A stretch of DNA of 61,553 bases from Candidatus Colwellbacteria bacterium (lineage in GTDB: Bacteria > Patescibacteriota > Minisyncoccia > UBA6257 > Colwellbacteraceae). Made by a program: the position numbers and the translations under genes. The notes under the pieces were generated by a model. The model was not told the origin of the DNA and searched no databases. It worked only from the letters and a program-made list of their open reading frames with translations. The DNA lies in contig JACOWZ010000003.1 in the NCBI GenBank assembly GCA_016176525.1, positions 1 through 61,553 on the forward strand, in the 5' to 3' direction. Positions 30,473 to 40,005 of the stretch are shown here, piece after piece; the first letter of the stretch is position 1, and every line of letters starts with the position of its first letter.

Positions 30473-30942
30473 TTAAAAAATCTGTCTTCTACATTAACCT
30501 CCATATCTAACCTCGATCTGTCGCGCCACTCTACAATTGAATTTACTTTTATCTCGTCGTCAGATAAATTTTCTACAACCACTGTTCTAGTAAAAATAGT
30601 TTTTTCACCGCCCGCCCAGTAGCCGTAGCCTCTGGCCTCTTCAAATTTTAAAATCTGTCCGGAAGCGGCGGTAAGTTCTTCTGATGTGTAGTCTACTTCG
30701 TAAGAACCGTTAGAAATGCCTGAGTTCCACGCCACTCCGTCCAAGAGCGCATTCCTGTCTATAATATTTTTAACAACTTCAATGCCTTCGGCCGCAAGCG
30801 TGGATGCAATATATTGGTTTGTGGCAACACGATGCATTCCAAAAGAATTTGAGAGTAAGCTGAATATTCCGAGTAATCCAATAGTTACCAATGTAAGCGC
30901 AATAACTGCCTCAACTAAAAGCTGCCCTCCTCTATTCTTCAT
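30442..30942 (-). CDS. Type IV minor pilin-like protein
   Basis: N-terminus NRGGQLLVEAVIALTLV with Glu at +5 after a Gly cleavage site. Confidence 0.55.
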   Translation of the reverse strand: MKNRGGQLLVEAVIALTLVTIGLLGIFSLLSNSFGMHRVATNQYIASTLAAEGIEVVKNIIDRNALLDGVAWNSGISNGSYEVDYTSEELTAASGQILKFEEARGYGYWAGGEKTIFTRTVVVENLSDDEIKVNSIVEWRDRSRLDMEVNVEDRFFNWRQEEESVL

Positions 30943-31529
30943 CTTGTAGTTACTTGCCCAAAATGGTTTATTACGACTTCGAATTGATTTGTAGTATCGG
31001 TTGTAAGATGCACAATTACTGAAGCTGATGTAGTTCCAGTTCTGTTATTTATTAAAGTTGTGGGTTCTGGAGGAAAAAACACAATATCTTCTGCGGTTGT
31101 GCCATCATATATTTGTAAAATTGAATTTATAAAACTAATATTCTCTCTCTCGCCCTCCAGCCTTACATCCCCAGAGCTATATTCGCCCACACCAATTAGA
31201 GCACAGTCTGGGTCTTCTTCTTCGTCTGTAGTATCCTGAAAAATGAAGATCTCTTGTTCATCTTTATCAATATGCACGCCGTAACCGCAGATTATTTGCC
31301 CAGCCTGCGGAGTAAATTCAAAACTCTGCGCCAAAGATTTTGCATGTAAAATCAAATTAATAACCCGTGCTTCCATATTCAAAAGGTCAAGTCTGCGCTC
31401 AATTCCCTTGCCATAACCAAAAAGCACGCCCGAGAGAACACTTATAACCCCTATAACAATTGCCAATTCTATTAAAGTGAAGGCTCGCTTTCTCTTAGAA
31501 GATAAAGCTGAAGAACTTGAAATAGACAT
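30939..31529 (-). CDS. Type IV minor pilin-like protein (GspH/FimT-like)
   Basis: KRAFTLIELAIVIGVISVL prepilin-type methylation motif. Confidence 0.6.
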   Translation of the reverse strand: MSISSSSALSSKRKRAFTLIELAIVIGVISVLSGVLFGYGKGIERRLDLLNMEARVINLILHAKSLAQSFEFTPQAGQIICGYGVHIDKDEQEIFIFQDTTDEEEDPDCALIGVGEYSSGDVRLEGERENISFINSILQIYDGTTAEDIVFFPPEPTTLINNRTGTTSASVIVHLTTDTTNQFEVVINHFGQVTTR

Positions 31530-32415
31530 CTAGAATATCATAACCGAAAAAGAACGTTAATGTAATACCGAGTGCTATAAATGGGCCAAACGGCAACATA
31601 TCTTTTAACCCACGTTTCTTTCTCAAAATCTGGATAGAAGCCCAAAACGCGCCGGTAATAAAGGCAAGCATTGTTGCGAGTACTATATCCGGCATACCCA
31701 GCAATAACCCGGCGGCAAGCGCAAGTTTAACGTCGCCAAACCCCATAGCGCGGCCGCGGCTTAAATAGTATATTGCTCCAAAAAATAAACCGCCGAATAG
31801 AAGCCCGCCTGCGGCGCTAAGCCACGGCCCATCTGGAAGCATAATCATTTCTGCCGAAGGCCCCAAGAAAGAACCTACAACTTTCACGTGCGAATCGCCA
31901 AAGAGAGATTTATAGAGTGCTCCCTGCTCCACATCGCCAAAACCGCCGTGCGTTAAGAGCAATGCTAAATTTAAAACTCCCAAAAGAGCCACGAACATAT
32001 TGAGACCATTTGGAATAATCCAAAGGCGGATATCAATAAAAGAAATTAAGACTAATGACAAAAGTGTGCCAACCCAAATTGAAATTAAAAGATATGGGAC
32101 CCCGCCTCCTATAGGAATAAGCACATATGGCACTGCGGCGAAAATAAAAGCGCATAAGGCCTCTACAATCGGATATTGCCACGAAATCCGCGCTTTGCAG
32201 CTGCGGCAACGCCCTAGCTGTATAACAAAGCTTATAATCGGAATAAGTTCGTACCACGCAAGTGCTTTGTGGCATTTCATACACCGCGAACGGCCGCCTG
32301 TGCCTTTAAAGAGCGTTTCTTCGCCTTTATATCTAAAAATTACTACGTTTAAGAAGCTGCCTACGGCAGCTCCAATTAATGCAAGCAAAACTATTGTAAG
32401 CGGACTAAGAACCAA
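31495..32415 (-). CDS. pilD: Prepilin peptidase (A24 family)
   Basis: Zn-binding CMKC..CRSC N-domain, polytopic membrane protein and catalytic-Asp context GFGDVKL. 306 aa. Confidence 0.85.
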   Translation of the reverse strand: MVLSPLTIVLLALIGAAVGSFLNVVIFRYKGEETLFKGTGGRSRCMKCHKALAWYELIPIISFVIQLGRCRSCKARISWQYPIVEALCAFIFAAVPYVLIPIGGGVPYLLISIWVGTLLSLVLISFIDIRLWIIPNGLNMFVALLGVLNLALLLTHGGFGDVEQGALYKSLFGDSHVKVVGSFLGPSAEMIMLPDGPWLSAAGGLLFGGLFFGAIYYLSRGRAMGFGDVKLALAAGLLLGMPDIVLATMLAFITGAFWASIQILRKKRGLKDMLPFGPFIALGITLTFFFGYDILDVYFKFFSFIF

Positions 32416-32896
32416 TGCAGTAATTTAATGCAGTATCGTCGCAGTTTCTCTCACCACTCGTTGTCTGCCAAGTGCTGGGAATATCAACAGAATCCAATTC
32501 TGTATTATCTTGAAGCGTGCGGTTGTCTCTTTCCAACACAGCCTTAAGAGCATAGCCCAACCCATTAGGTTCTTTTATATAAATATAGTTCCGGCCTGCA
32601 AGCGGGTCGTTGGAAATTCTTGCTCCAGTTGTGTCTGAAAGAACTGTAGATAGCGTATCCCAGTTTGTGGGTAAGGTTGTTCCTGTCCCACAAGTAGCGG
32701 TGCCAGGATAGTGGCCACAACGCACAAAATACAGCTCTAGAGATGGTTGTGTATTCTTTAAGTCGCCTATTCGTTTTGTATCTCTGGCGTTTGCTTGAAA
32801 ACCGGTAACCCCAGTCAACACCACTCCTGCGAGTATTGAAATAATTGCTATAACAACCAAAAGTTCAATCAACGTAAAACCTTTATTTTGCTTCAT
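32405..32896 (-). CDS. Type IV pilin (probable major pilin)
   Basis: MKQNKGFTLIELLVVIAIISILAGV is a canonical class III signal. 163 aa. Located next to pilD and pilC. Confidence 0.75.
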   Translation of the reverse strand: MKQNKGFTLIELLVVIAIISILAGVVLTGVTGFQANARDTKRIGDLKNTQPSLELYFVRCGHYPGTATCGTGTTLPTNWDTLSTVLSDTTGARISNDPLAGRNYIYIKEPNGLGYALKAVLERDNRTLQDNTELDSVDIPSTWQTTSGERNCDDTALNYCIGS

Positions 32897-32916
32897 GTTT
32901 TTGTAATTATATACAA

Positions 32917-34128
32917 CTATAATCTTTGCGCCAATTCAAAGATGGGGATAAGAATAGAGGCAAAAAGTATGCCCACAAACACGCCTATTACCACCATCAT
33001 AAGAGGCTGTATTAGCTCAACTAAGTTTGAGACCATATCTTCTGCCTCGCGCGTGTAAAAGCGCGAGATTTTATCAAGTATGTCTTCCAGCCGACCGGTT
33101 TCTTCTCCAATCGCAGTCATTTGCGATACAAGCGGCGGGAAATAAGCCTCGCTTTTTGCAAATGCCTGCGATAAATTCTCGCCCTGTCTAATATTTTCGG
33201 CCGCTTTATGTAAAAGCTCTCTATATGTTGCGCTCCCTATTGTGTAGCCAGCAACTTCAACCGCTTGCGGAATTGAAATACCCCCTTTAACCAAAATGCT
33301 TATAGACTGTGTAAAGCGCGCGATGTAAACTTTTTTCATAAGATCGCCCACAACCGGCACGCGTAAGAAAACTTCATCTAAAACAGCTTTGCCTTCCGGG
33401 GTTTTAAAATAGTCCACAGCGAGAACGGCTAAAGCCGCAAATGCAATAGCAAGCGCCCACCACCACGCAGATATAAACTTAGAAGCTCCTATAAGAAAAC
33501 TTGTTATAAATGGCAAGTCAACCCCGGCCTCAAGGAAAATCGGCTCAATTTTTGGGAAAACAACAGTCGCCATAAATCCGGCCAAACCAAAAAACAGCAT
33601 TATCATAATAACCGGGTAAGTTAAGGAGTTTTTAATTTTGGTTTCGAGCGATTGTTCTTTTTCCAAATAATCTGCCAAGAAGTTTACAGATTCTTCAACC
33701 CGGCCGGTAAGCTCGGCGGCGCGAATCATATTTACATAGAAGATTGAAAAAACTTGCGGGTATTTTTCTAAAGCCTGCGATAGAGAAAGGCCGGCGTCTA
33801 CATCGCGTGACACGTCCATTAAAGTATCTCGCAAAATAGGGTTGGATGTTTGCTTACGCAGAGTTACAAGCGAATCAGTTAGCGGCACTTTTGCCGAAAG
33901 TATTGCCGCAAACTGCCGCGTAAAAACCATCATATCTTTTATGCGGACTCTGTTTAAAAAGCCGAATGCGGATTCATACCAGCGCCCTTTTCCCTCTTCT
34001 TCAATAAATAGGACAAAAAGCTCGTGACCACGCAAAAGCCCAACTGCGCCGTCTCGGCTAGCGGCTTCCACAGTGCCAACCTGCAGCTCCCCTTCTTTGG
34101 TTCTTGCTTTGTACTTAAACTTTGCCAT
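32917..34128 (-). CDS. pilC: Type IV pilus platform protein PilC (GspF family)
   Basis: 403 aa. Duplicated GspF domains separated by TM helices. Conserved position after the ATPases. Confidence 0.88.
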   Translation of the reverse strand: MAKFKYKARTKEGELQVGTVEAASRDGAVGLLRGHELFVLFIEEEGKGRWYESAFGFLNRVRIKDMMVFTRQFAAILSAKVPLTDSLVTLRKQTSNPILRDTLMDVSRDVDAGLSLSQALEKYPQVFSIFYVNMIRAAELTGRVEESVNFLADYLEKEQSLETKIKNSLTYPVIMIMLFFGLAGFMATVVFPKIEPIFLEAGVDLPFITSFLIGASKFISAWWWALAIAFAALAVLAVDYFKTPEGKAVLDEVFLRVPVVGDLMKKVYIARFTQSISILVKGGISIPQAVEVAGYTIGSATYRELLHKAAENIRQGENLSQAFAKSEAYFPPLVSQMTAIGEETGRLEDILDKISRFYTREAEDMVSNLVELIQPLMMVVIGVFVGILFASILIPIFELAQRL

Positions 34129-34131
34129 CTA

Positions 34132-35202
34132 CTAAATCCTTTCCAAAAGTATTCTTAACTCTGAAGGATTCAATGAGTAGAGTTCTGCATTTTCTAACGA
34201 AACCTCTTTGCGTTTTACAAGCTCTGCAAGTGAACGGTTCATGGTAACCATGCCGTCTTGCAAGCTTGTTTCTATTACCAAATCAATTTGGTAAATTTTG
34301 CGTTCGCGAATAAGGTTGCGGATAGCCGAGTTCATAAACATAATCTCAATTGCAGGCAACCTTCCGCCATCAACTCTCGGCACAAGACGCTGGGACACAA
34401 TGCCAACCAAGGTCGCTGCAAGCTGGGACGTAATCTGGCCTTGCTGGTTTGCGGGGAAAGAGTCTATTATTCTGTCTATAGTCTGCGATGCAGAGTTTGT
34501 GTGCAGTGTTGAGAAAACCAAATGGCCTGTTTCTGCCGCTGTCATTGCGGTTGAAATTGAGGCAGGGTCGCGCATTTCTCCAATCATTATCACGTCTGGG
34601 TCTTGCCGCAATATAGAGCGCAGGGCAATATCAAAAGACGGGCTGTCGCTTTTAATTTCTCTCTGCGAAACCATAGACCTGTCTTGTGTAAACAAATATT
34701 CAATAGGGTCTTCAACCGTTATTATGTGCTCCGTGCGTTTGTGGTTAATTTCATCTAAAAGAGCAGCTAAAGTAGTGGACTTGCCGTGGCCGGCAGGACC
34801 TACAACAAGCACAAACCCCTGATTAAGCTTTGTAAACTCGTGCAAAATCGGCGGCAGATTTAAGTCTTCTACAGTTTTTATTTCTGCGTTAATTGTGCGA
34901 AGAGCAGCCGCCATGTACCCTTTTTGGAAAAAAGCGTTTACCCTAAACCGCGCTTTGTCTTCAAAGGCATAAGAAAAGTCAACATCGCCATTCTTTAAAA
35001 ATTTCTCTTTACGTTCCGGCGAAAGCATTGCAAGAACAAGGCCTTGCGAATCTTCCGGGGTAAGCACCGCTTCTCTCTGTAGTGGCACTAAAATACCGTC
35101 TACCCGAAGCGTAGGCTTACGGCCAACCGAAATGTGCAAATCCGAGGCGTTTTGCCTTGCGGTTGCAAGCATCAAATCGTTTAATTTTTGTTTATAATCC
35201 AT
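34132..35202 (-). CDS. pilT: Twitching-motility retraction ATPase PilT
   Basis: 356 aa. ASDLHI motif, Walker A GPAGHGKST, Asp box and His box (TGHLVFSTLHTNSA). Confidence 0.88.
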   Translation of the reverse strand: MDYKQKLNDLMLATARQNASDLHISVGRKPTLRVDGILVPLQREAVLTPEDSQGLVLAMLSPERKEKFLKNGDVDFSYAFEDKARFRVNAFFQKGYMAAALRTINAEIKTVEDLNLPPILHEFTKLNQGFVLVVGPAGHGKSTTLAALLDEINHKRTEHIITVEDPIEYLFTQDRSMVSQREIKSDSPSFDIALRSILRQDPDVIMIGEMRDPASISTAMTAAETGHLVFSTLHTNSASQTIDRIIDSFPANQQGQITSQLAATLVGIVSQRLVPRVDGGRLPAIEIMFMNSAIRNLIRERKIYQIDLVIETSLQDGMVTMNRSLAELVKRKEVSLENAELYSLNPSELRILLERI

Positions 35203-35215
35203 AATAAAAATTATA

Positions 35216-36952
35216 TCACGACTCGGAGGTTTCGCGGAGAACTTCTTCTATTCTAACCAGTCCTTTAAGTGCTTTTAACACGCCATCTATACGCAGTGTT
35301 ATCATTCCCTGTTTCTTTGCTTCCGCAACAAGCTTCGCTTGCGTAATTTCTGTGTTCACTATTTCGGCCAAGCTGTCTGTCATACTTAAAACTTCAAAGA
35401 GCGCAATGCGGCCGGAGATTCCTTTATCGTTGCATTTTTTGCATCCTGGGGCCTCGTAAACTTTATATGGCGCGGAGTATTTAATTTTGGATTTAATATT
35501 GGGGGGTAATTTATTAAGCTCTGTTTGAATAATATCTTGTATCGCCTTTGGCGCCGGCACAGACTTTTTACAATGCTCGCATAGTCGGCTAACCAGCCTT
35601 TGGCCAACCATAAGGCTTACAGCAGATGGAATTAAGAAAGAATCAACCCCCATATCTATAAGCCTTGGAATAACGCCGATAGCATTATTAGTGTGGAGCG
35701 TGGTTAAAACAACGTGGCCGGTTAGCGCCGCGTGCACTGCCAACTGTGCAGTTTCTTTATCTCTTACCTCACCCACCATTATGATGTCCGGGTCTTGCCT
35801 GAATATCTGGCGAAGCCCGGATGAAAAATCATACCCTATCTCAGGTCGAACCTGCGACTGGTTTAGCCCGTCAATGTAATACTCCACCGGGTCTTCAAGG
35901 CTTACAATGTTTACATCTTCACTATTGATAATCTGCATCAGCGCGTAAAGCGTGGTAGATTTACCGCTGCCTGTAGGGCCGGTAACCAAAACCATTCCGT
36001 AGGGCCTTTTTATTGCATCTTCAACAAGCGATTGTTGCTCTTCCAAACCAAGGTTTTCTATTCCTTTTAGGCCAACTGTCGGGTCAAGCACGCGGATGGC
36101 AACCTTTTCGCCGGCCGGAGTCGGAAAAGTTGCAACCCTAAAGTCTATGTCGCGCCCGAATATAACGGTTCTAAACCTGCCATCTTGCGGAATGCGGGTT
36201 TCGTCAATTTTTAAATCCGACAAAACTTTTACTCTAGAAATTACAGGCTGATGCAGCTCCATAGGCAAGGTAGAAACTTCCTGTAAATTGCCGTTTATTC
36301 TAAACCTTATTCGGGTTTTTGTTCTCTGTGGTTCTATGTGAATGTCGGATGCGTTTTCGGAAACCGCGGACTTAAGAGTGGAGGCAACTATTTTTATAAT
36401 CGGCGCTTCTTCTGCAACATCCACACTCTCGTCAATAGAAATAGTTCTCTGGCTGCGCATCAACCCCTTGCCTGGTTTAACGTTAATAGACTTTATCGCC
36501 CGATCAACTTCGCTCTTATAGAGTCCAAATTTCTTTAGCGTCGCTTCTAAATCCGACGGAGTTATAACATAAACCCCAAGCGAGAGTTTTTGCTCCTTTG
36601 CTATAAACCGCAGTGCCTCCTGTGCGCGCACTTCATCCGGATTCAACATTCCAACAACAAGCATGTTCCCCTGTTTTGAAATTGGAACAACACCGTAGTT
36701 CTGTATTGTATCCAGCGAAATTAACTTAACCGCATCTTCTGGAATTGTATCTGGATCAATGTGTTTGTAGGGAATCCCGAGCGCGCTGCCTTTTGCTTTC
36801 GCAACAGACACTTCGTCAACCGCACGTTTTTCGTAAATTAAACTTTCAACACTTTTGCCTAAACTATTTGCTTCAACAGAAAGCTTTGCCGCCAATTCGC
36901 GCGAAAGGAGTCCTTGATTTACCAAAGCGTCTAATAAGTTTTTATCTTCCAT
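35216..36952 (-). CDS. pilB: Type IV pilus assembly ATPase PilB (GspE family)
   Basis: N-terminal GspE_N domain, Walker A GPTGSGKST, tetra-Cys CEHC..CKKC and TGHVVLTTLHTNNA. 578 aa. Confidence 0.9.
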   Translation of the reverse strand: MEDKNLLDALVNQGLLSRELAAKLSVEANSLGKSVESLIYEKRAVDEVSVAKAKGSALGIPYKHIDPDTIPEDAVKLISLDTIQNYGVVPISKQGNMLVVGMLNPDEVRAQEALRFIAKEQKLSLGVYVITPSDLEATLKKFGLYKSEVDRAIKSINVKPGKGLMRSQRTISIDESVDVAEEAPIIKIVASTLKSAVSENASDIHIEPQRTKTRIRFRINGNLQEVSTLPMELHQPVISRVKVLSDLKIDETRIPQDGRFRTVIFGRDIDFRVATFPTPAGEKVAIRVLDPTVGLKGIENLGLEEQQSLVEDAIKRPYGMVLVTGPTGSGKSTTLYALMQIINSEDVNIVSLEDPVEYYIDGLNQSQVRPEIGYDFSSGLRQIFRQDPDIIMVGEVRDKETAQLAVHAALTGHVVLTTLHTNNAIGVIPRLIDMGVDSFLIPSAVSLMVGQRLVSRLCEHCKKSVPAPKAIQDIIQTELNKLPPNIKSKIKYSAPYKVYEAPGCKKCNDKGISGRIALFEVLSMTDSLAEIVNTEITQAKLVAEAKKQGMITLRIDGVLKALKGLVRIEEVLRETSES

Positions 36953-36956
36953 TGGT

Positions 36957-37247
36957 TTAGAAAGTCAAAAATGGATTTTCTCTACCAAGTTCGCCAACTT
37001 TTACGGGCGCTATCTGCGGCTCCAAACCCAACTGCGTAATAAGGTCAGTTACTTTTGTAACATCTATTGTTACTTTAGAAAGTTCGGATGCTTCTTGTAA
37101 TTCCACGGGCGCGATACGCTCAGCAAGAGGCGCCGGCGCAAAGAAAAAGTAATAAGTTGCTGTTATTAAAATTGCAAACACTACAACAAAACCGCCTATT
37201 GCAACGAAACTTAACTTATTTTTTTCTTCTCCTACAACAATTGCCAT
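36957..37247 (-). CDS. Small single-pass membrane protein in the pilM-N-O operon
   Basis: 96 aa with one TM helix. Occupies the position where PilP would be. Assigned by context only. Confidence 0.4.
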   Translation of the reverse strand: MAIVVGEEKNKLSFVAIGGFVVVFAILITATYYFFFAPAPLAERIAPVELQEASELSKVTIDVTKVTDLITQLGLEPQIAPVKVGELGRENPFLTF

Positions 37248-37248
37248 A

Positions 37249-37842
37249 TTATCTTTCTTGATAGTATGCGTCTACGACTATGGTGAAAGCAAATATTTCT
37301 CTCCCAGGTAATGCGCCGCCGTCAATACGAAGCGAATTTATATCCATTACGCGCAAGTTGTGTTCGAGCATATCCAAAAAACCTTTTAACCCGTCGTATC
37401 TGCCGTTCATTCTTGTCGTTATGCGCAATGTGCCTAGCCCGCTTACTATTGAAGAATCAGATTGCTTAATCGGCGTATACTGGAAAGAAGCGGACTCAAA
37501 CACCATATTATTGGCGGAGGCCATTCCGCTTAATTGGTTTAAAACCTGCGGCACGTTGGCGTTGGGTTTAGGTAACATATCAGTAAAAGCTTCTTCAAGC
37601 TCGCCAGCGCCTTGGTATGCGGCAAGTAAATTACGCACGGCGCTCTCTGCACTTTGTTGCTGACTTAATATTACAAGCCGCGCATCTCGCTCGCCGCGCA
37701 AAACCTGCACGTCTGCATAACTTGGCCGCAAAAAAGCGGAAAAGACATATATTGTAACAACTAATATTGCGAAGCTCCCCATTATTGAAATTAATCTCTT
37801 TGTTGAACCGCGCATTTTAGTTAAGGATTTCTTTAAACACAT
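37249..37842 (-). CDS. pilO: PilO-like pilus assembly protein
   Basis: 197 aa. N-terminal TM helix plus coiled region. Gene order pilM-pilN-pilO. Confidence 0.6.
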   Translation of the reverse strand: MCLKKSLTKMRGSTKRLISIMGSFAILVVTIYVFSAFLRPSYADVQVLRGERDARLVILSQQQSAESAVRNLLAAYQGAGELEEAFTDMLPKPNANVPQVLNQLSGMASANNMVFESASFQYTPIKQSDSSIVSGLGTLRITTRMNGRYDGLKGFLDMLEHNLRVMDINSLRIDGGALPGREIFAFTIVVDAYYQER

Positions 37843-38362
37843 CCGGCGACAGGTTGATGTTAACCCTAAATCTCACTACATTTCCTAAAAGAGAATTTTC
37901 TTCCATCACTACGCCTGCAACCTGCGGGGCAGACTCGTAAGCAACAAGTTGTTCAACAAGAGATGCGTAAGAAGAGGTAACGCCATCTATTGTTAGTCTG
38001 CGCTCTGGCACTGCAACTTCTACAGTAGAATAAGCGGTTTTGGGGGTAGTGTAGTCTTCTAGAAATTTAAGAACGTTTGAGCTCCAAACATGCGAGTTTA
38101 AAACTTTTTCTAAATTGGTTATTTGTGAATAAAAACTTACAAGATTTTTGTGCTCCGCCAAATCCGGGCTTTGCGAAAACTCGCTTATCCGCAAATCTGC
38201 CTCCTCTATGCTCACGCGCAGAAAATTCTTGTAGCCGACTTCCAAACCAATATAAAGCAAAAACACTAATGCAAAAATAAGAATCAAAAACATAAAAAGC
38301 CTCCAAGAAAATTGGCTAGTCTCTTCTCCAACCATTTTGTAAGCGTCTTCTGTTCTTGCCAT
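37817..38362 (-). CDS. pilN: PilN-like pilus assembly protein
   Basis: 181 aa bitopic protein directly after pilM. Confidence 0.6.
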   Translation of the reverse strand: MARTEDAYKMVGEETSQFSWRLFMFLILIFALVFLLYIGLEVGYKNFLRVSIEEADLRISEFSQSPDLAEHKNLVSFYSQITNLEKVLNSHVWSSNVLKFLEDYTTPKTAYSTVEVAVPERRLTIDGVTSSYASLVEQLVAYESAPQVAGVVMEENSLLGNVVRFRVNINLSPDVFKEILN

Positions 38363-38366
38363 ATAC

Positions 38367-39431
38367 TTATTTTAATGCCAGGCCCATCGCTACAGAAAAA
38401 CCAGGGCCAATTTCAGCTATCGCAGGCGCAATACTCGGAGAATAACGCACTCTACCGAACGGGTCTGCAATCTCGGCAGGCAGTTGAAACTCTCTTTCAA
38501 CGTACTTTTGAATGCCTTTCAAATTTGCTCCCCCGCCAGAGAGTATTATCCGTTCAATATTAGTTTTGTAATTCTTCTCGTAGAAATACTTAACTCTCTT
38601 CACTTCAGAAAGTATAACATCCAGGAATGGCGACATCAAAGTGGATAGTTCGTATTCGCCGCCTGTTCCAATAAGCCCTCTCTGCTTTTTAAGCTCTTCC
38701 GCACGCTTCATATTAATGTTTAGCCCTGTGGCAACTGCCTGCGTAAGCGAGCTGCCTGCAAAATCTATCTGCGTGTTGTATCGTACAAGCCCACCGCCTG
38801 CAACAGTAATAGTAGTAGATCTGCCGCCAATATCCGCTATTATTGATAGTTTTTGGTCGCCGGTGGTTAATGCCCTTGCAAGGCTTACACCCTCCAATTC
38901 TAAAACCTGCAGGTTTAAGCCAACTCCGCTAAAAATTTTTTTATATCTTTGGATGTTTTCGTTTACAACCGCGATTAAAAATATACGTTGCTTCTTTATA
39001 CCGCGTTCGTCCTCAAACTCTTCAATACGCGTCCAGTCTATAGTGGCGTCAGCAATTGGCATAGGCACAGCTGCCTTTGCCTGATAGTAAACAACCTTTG
39101 AGGTTTCTTGGTCGGACATCTGTGGAATTTCAATTAATGTAGAAAACGCGGAAAACGGCGGCAAAGATGCAACAACGTTTTTGCCTTTAATTTTTACCTG
39201 TTTTAAAAGTACGCGCAAAAGTTCTTGTGTTTCGGACTCAACAAGTTTTAAACTGCTTGTCTGGATTGCGTTGTTTACTCTGTCTAAATAGCCATAGCCT
39301 TCTAGAGAGCCGTAATTTAAAAGCTCCGGCTTATCGCCGCGCTTTGCAAGTTCAACAATCTTAATAGTTGTAGTGCCGATATCCACTCCAACCGTTGATG
39401 CGCCACCAAAAAATTTACTTAAAAAAGCCAT
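38367..39431 (-). CDS. pilM: Type IV pilus assembly protein PilM (actin-like ATPase fold)
   Basis: VGVDIGTTTIKIVEL phosphate-1 motif and ADIGGRSTTI phosphate-2 motif. 354 aa. Confidence 0.85.
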   Translation of the reverse strand: MAFLSKFFGGASTVGVDIGTTTIKIVELAKRGDKPELLNYGSLEGYGYLDRVNNAIQTSSLKLVESETQELLRVLLKQVKIKGKNVVASLPPFSAFSTLIEIPQMSDQETSKVVYYQAKAAVPMPIADATIDWTRIEEFEDERGIKKQRIFLIAVVNENIQRYKKIFSGVGLNLQVLELEGVSLARALTTGDQKLSIIADIGGRSTTITVAGGGLVRYNTQIDFAGSSLTQAVATGLNINMKRAEELKKQRGLIGTGGEYELSTLMSPFLDVILSEVKRVKYFYEKNYKTNIERIILSGGGANLKGIQKYVEREFQLPAEIADPFGRVRYSPSIAPAIAEIGPGFSVAMGLALK

Positions 39432-39463
39432 ATAGTTGATATTATAACACCCTGATTTACCAC

Positions 39464-39895
39464 TTAACCAGCTTTACGCCTATTCTGCCGAGGCTTGCGC
39501 AACAGCCATGAACTTTTATATAGAGAAGGAATGTGATATTTAGATTTAATAAATGATTTTCTGCTAGGATCTTTAGTATAACGCGAACCTCCAGAGTGAT
39601 AACTAATATATTTACCGTGTTTCAGAAAGCTTTTCTTAATAGTTGAAATGGTTTGCAAAGAAAGCCAGAGCTCTTTACTTATTTCGCGATGAGACTTGCC
39701 TTGATTGAGAAGATATGCAGCAGCCGCGCGTCTTCCAATACGATGCTTTTCAAAATCAGGAAGTAATAAATCAAGAATCTTACTAATACTATTAAAAGAC
39801 CCGGCGTGCGATAGATCTTTTACAACCTCTGACCATAAGGCCTCTTCCCATTCCTTTCTAGATCCAAAATTATTTAATGGCGGAATATGTTTCAT
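39464..39895 (-). CDS. TrpR/YerC-like helix-turn-helix protein
   Basis: RIGRRAAAAYLLNQGKSHREISKELWLSLQTISTIKKS resembles TrpR-family HTH. 143 aa. Divergent from comF. Confidence 0.6.
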   Translation of the reverse strand: MKHIPPLNNFGSRKEWEEALWSEVVKDLSHAGSFNSISKILDLLLPDFEKHRIGRRAAAAYLLNQGKSHREISKELWLSLQTISTIKKSFLKHGKYISYHSGGSRYTKDPSRKSFIKSKYHIPSLYKSSWLLRKPRQNRRKAG

Positions 39896-39945
39896 ATTTT
39901 GATATCTTATGCCTATAAATTTTATTTACTTGTGGGGTCTATACC

Positions 39946-39973
39946 CGGTGTTATGATTAATCATAACACCGCG
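39946..39973. promoter_or_regulatory. Perfect palindromic element, copy 1 (candidate operator) in the TrpR-like/comF divergent region
   Basis: cggtgttatgattaatcataacaccgcg has a 24-bp perfect palindrome core, ggtgttatgatt/aatcataacacc. It lies 33 nt upstream of the comF ATG. Confidence 0.55.
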
Positions 39974-40005
39974 TTTTAATTATATAATAATGTATTATAA
40001 AAGAA

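Noticed and set aside
34298-34822. 174-aa + ORF inside pilT
   Set aside because: Antisense shadow of pilT.
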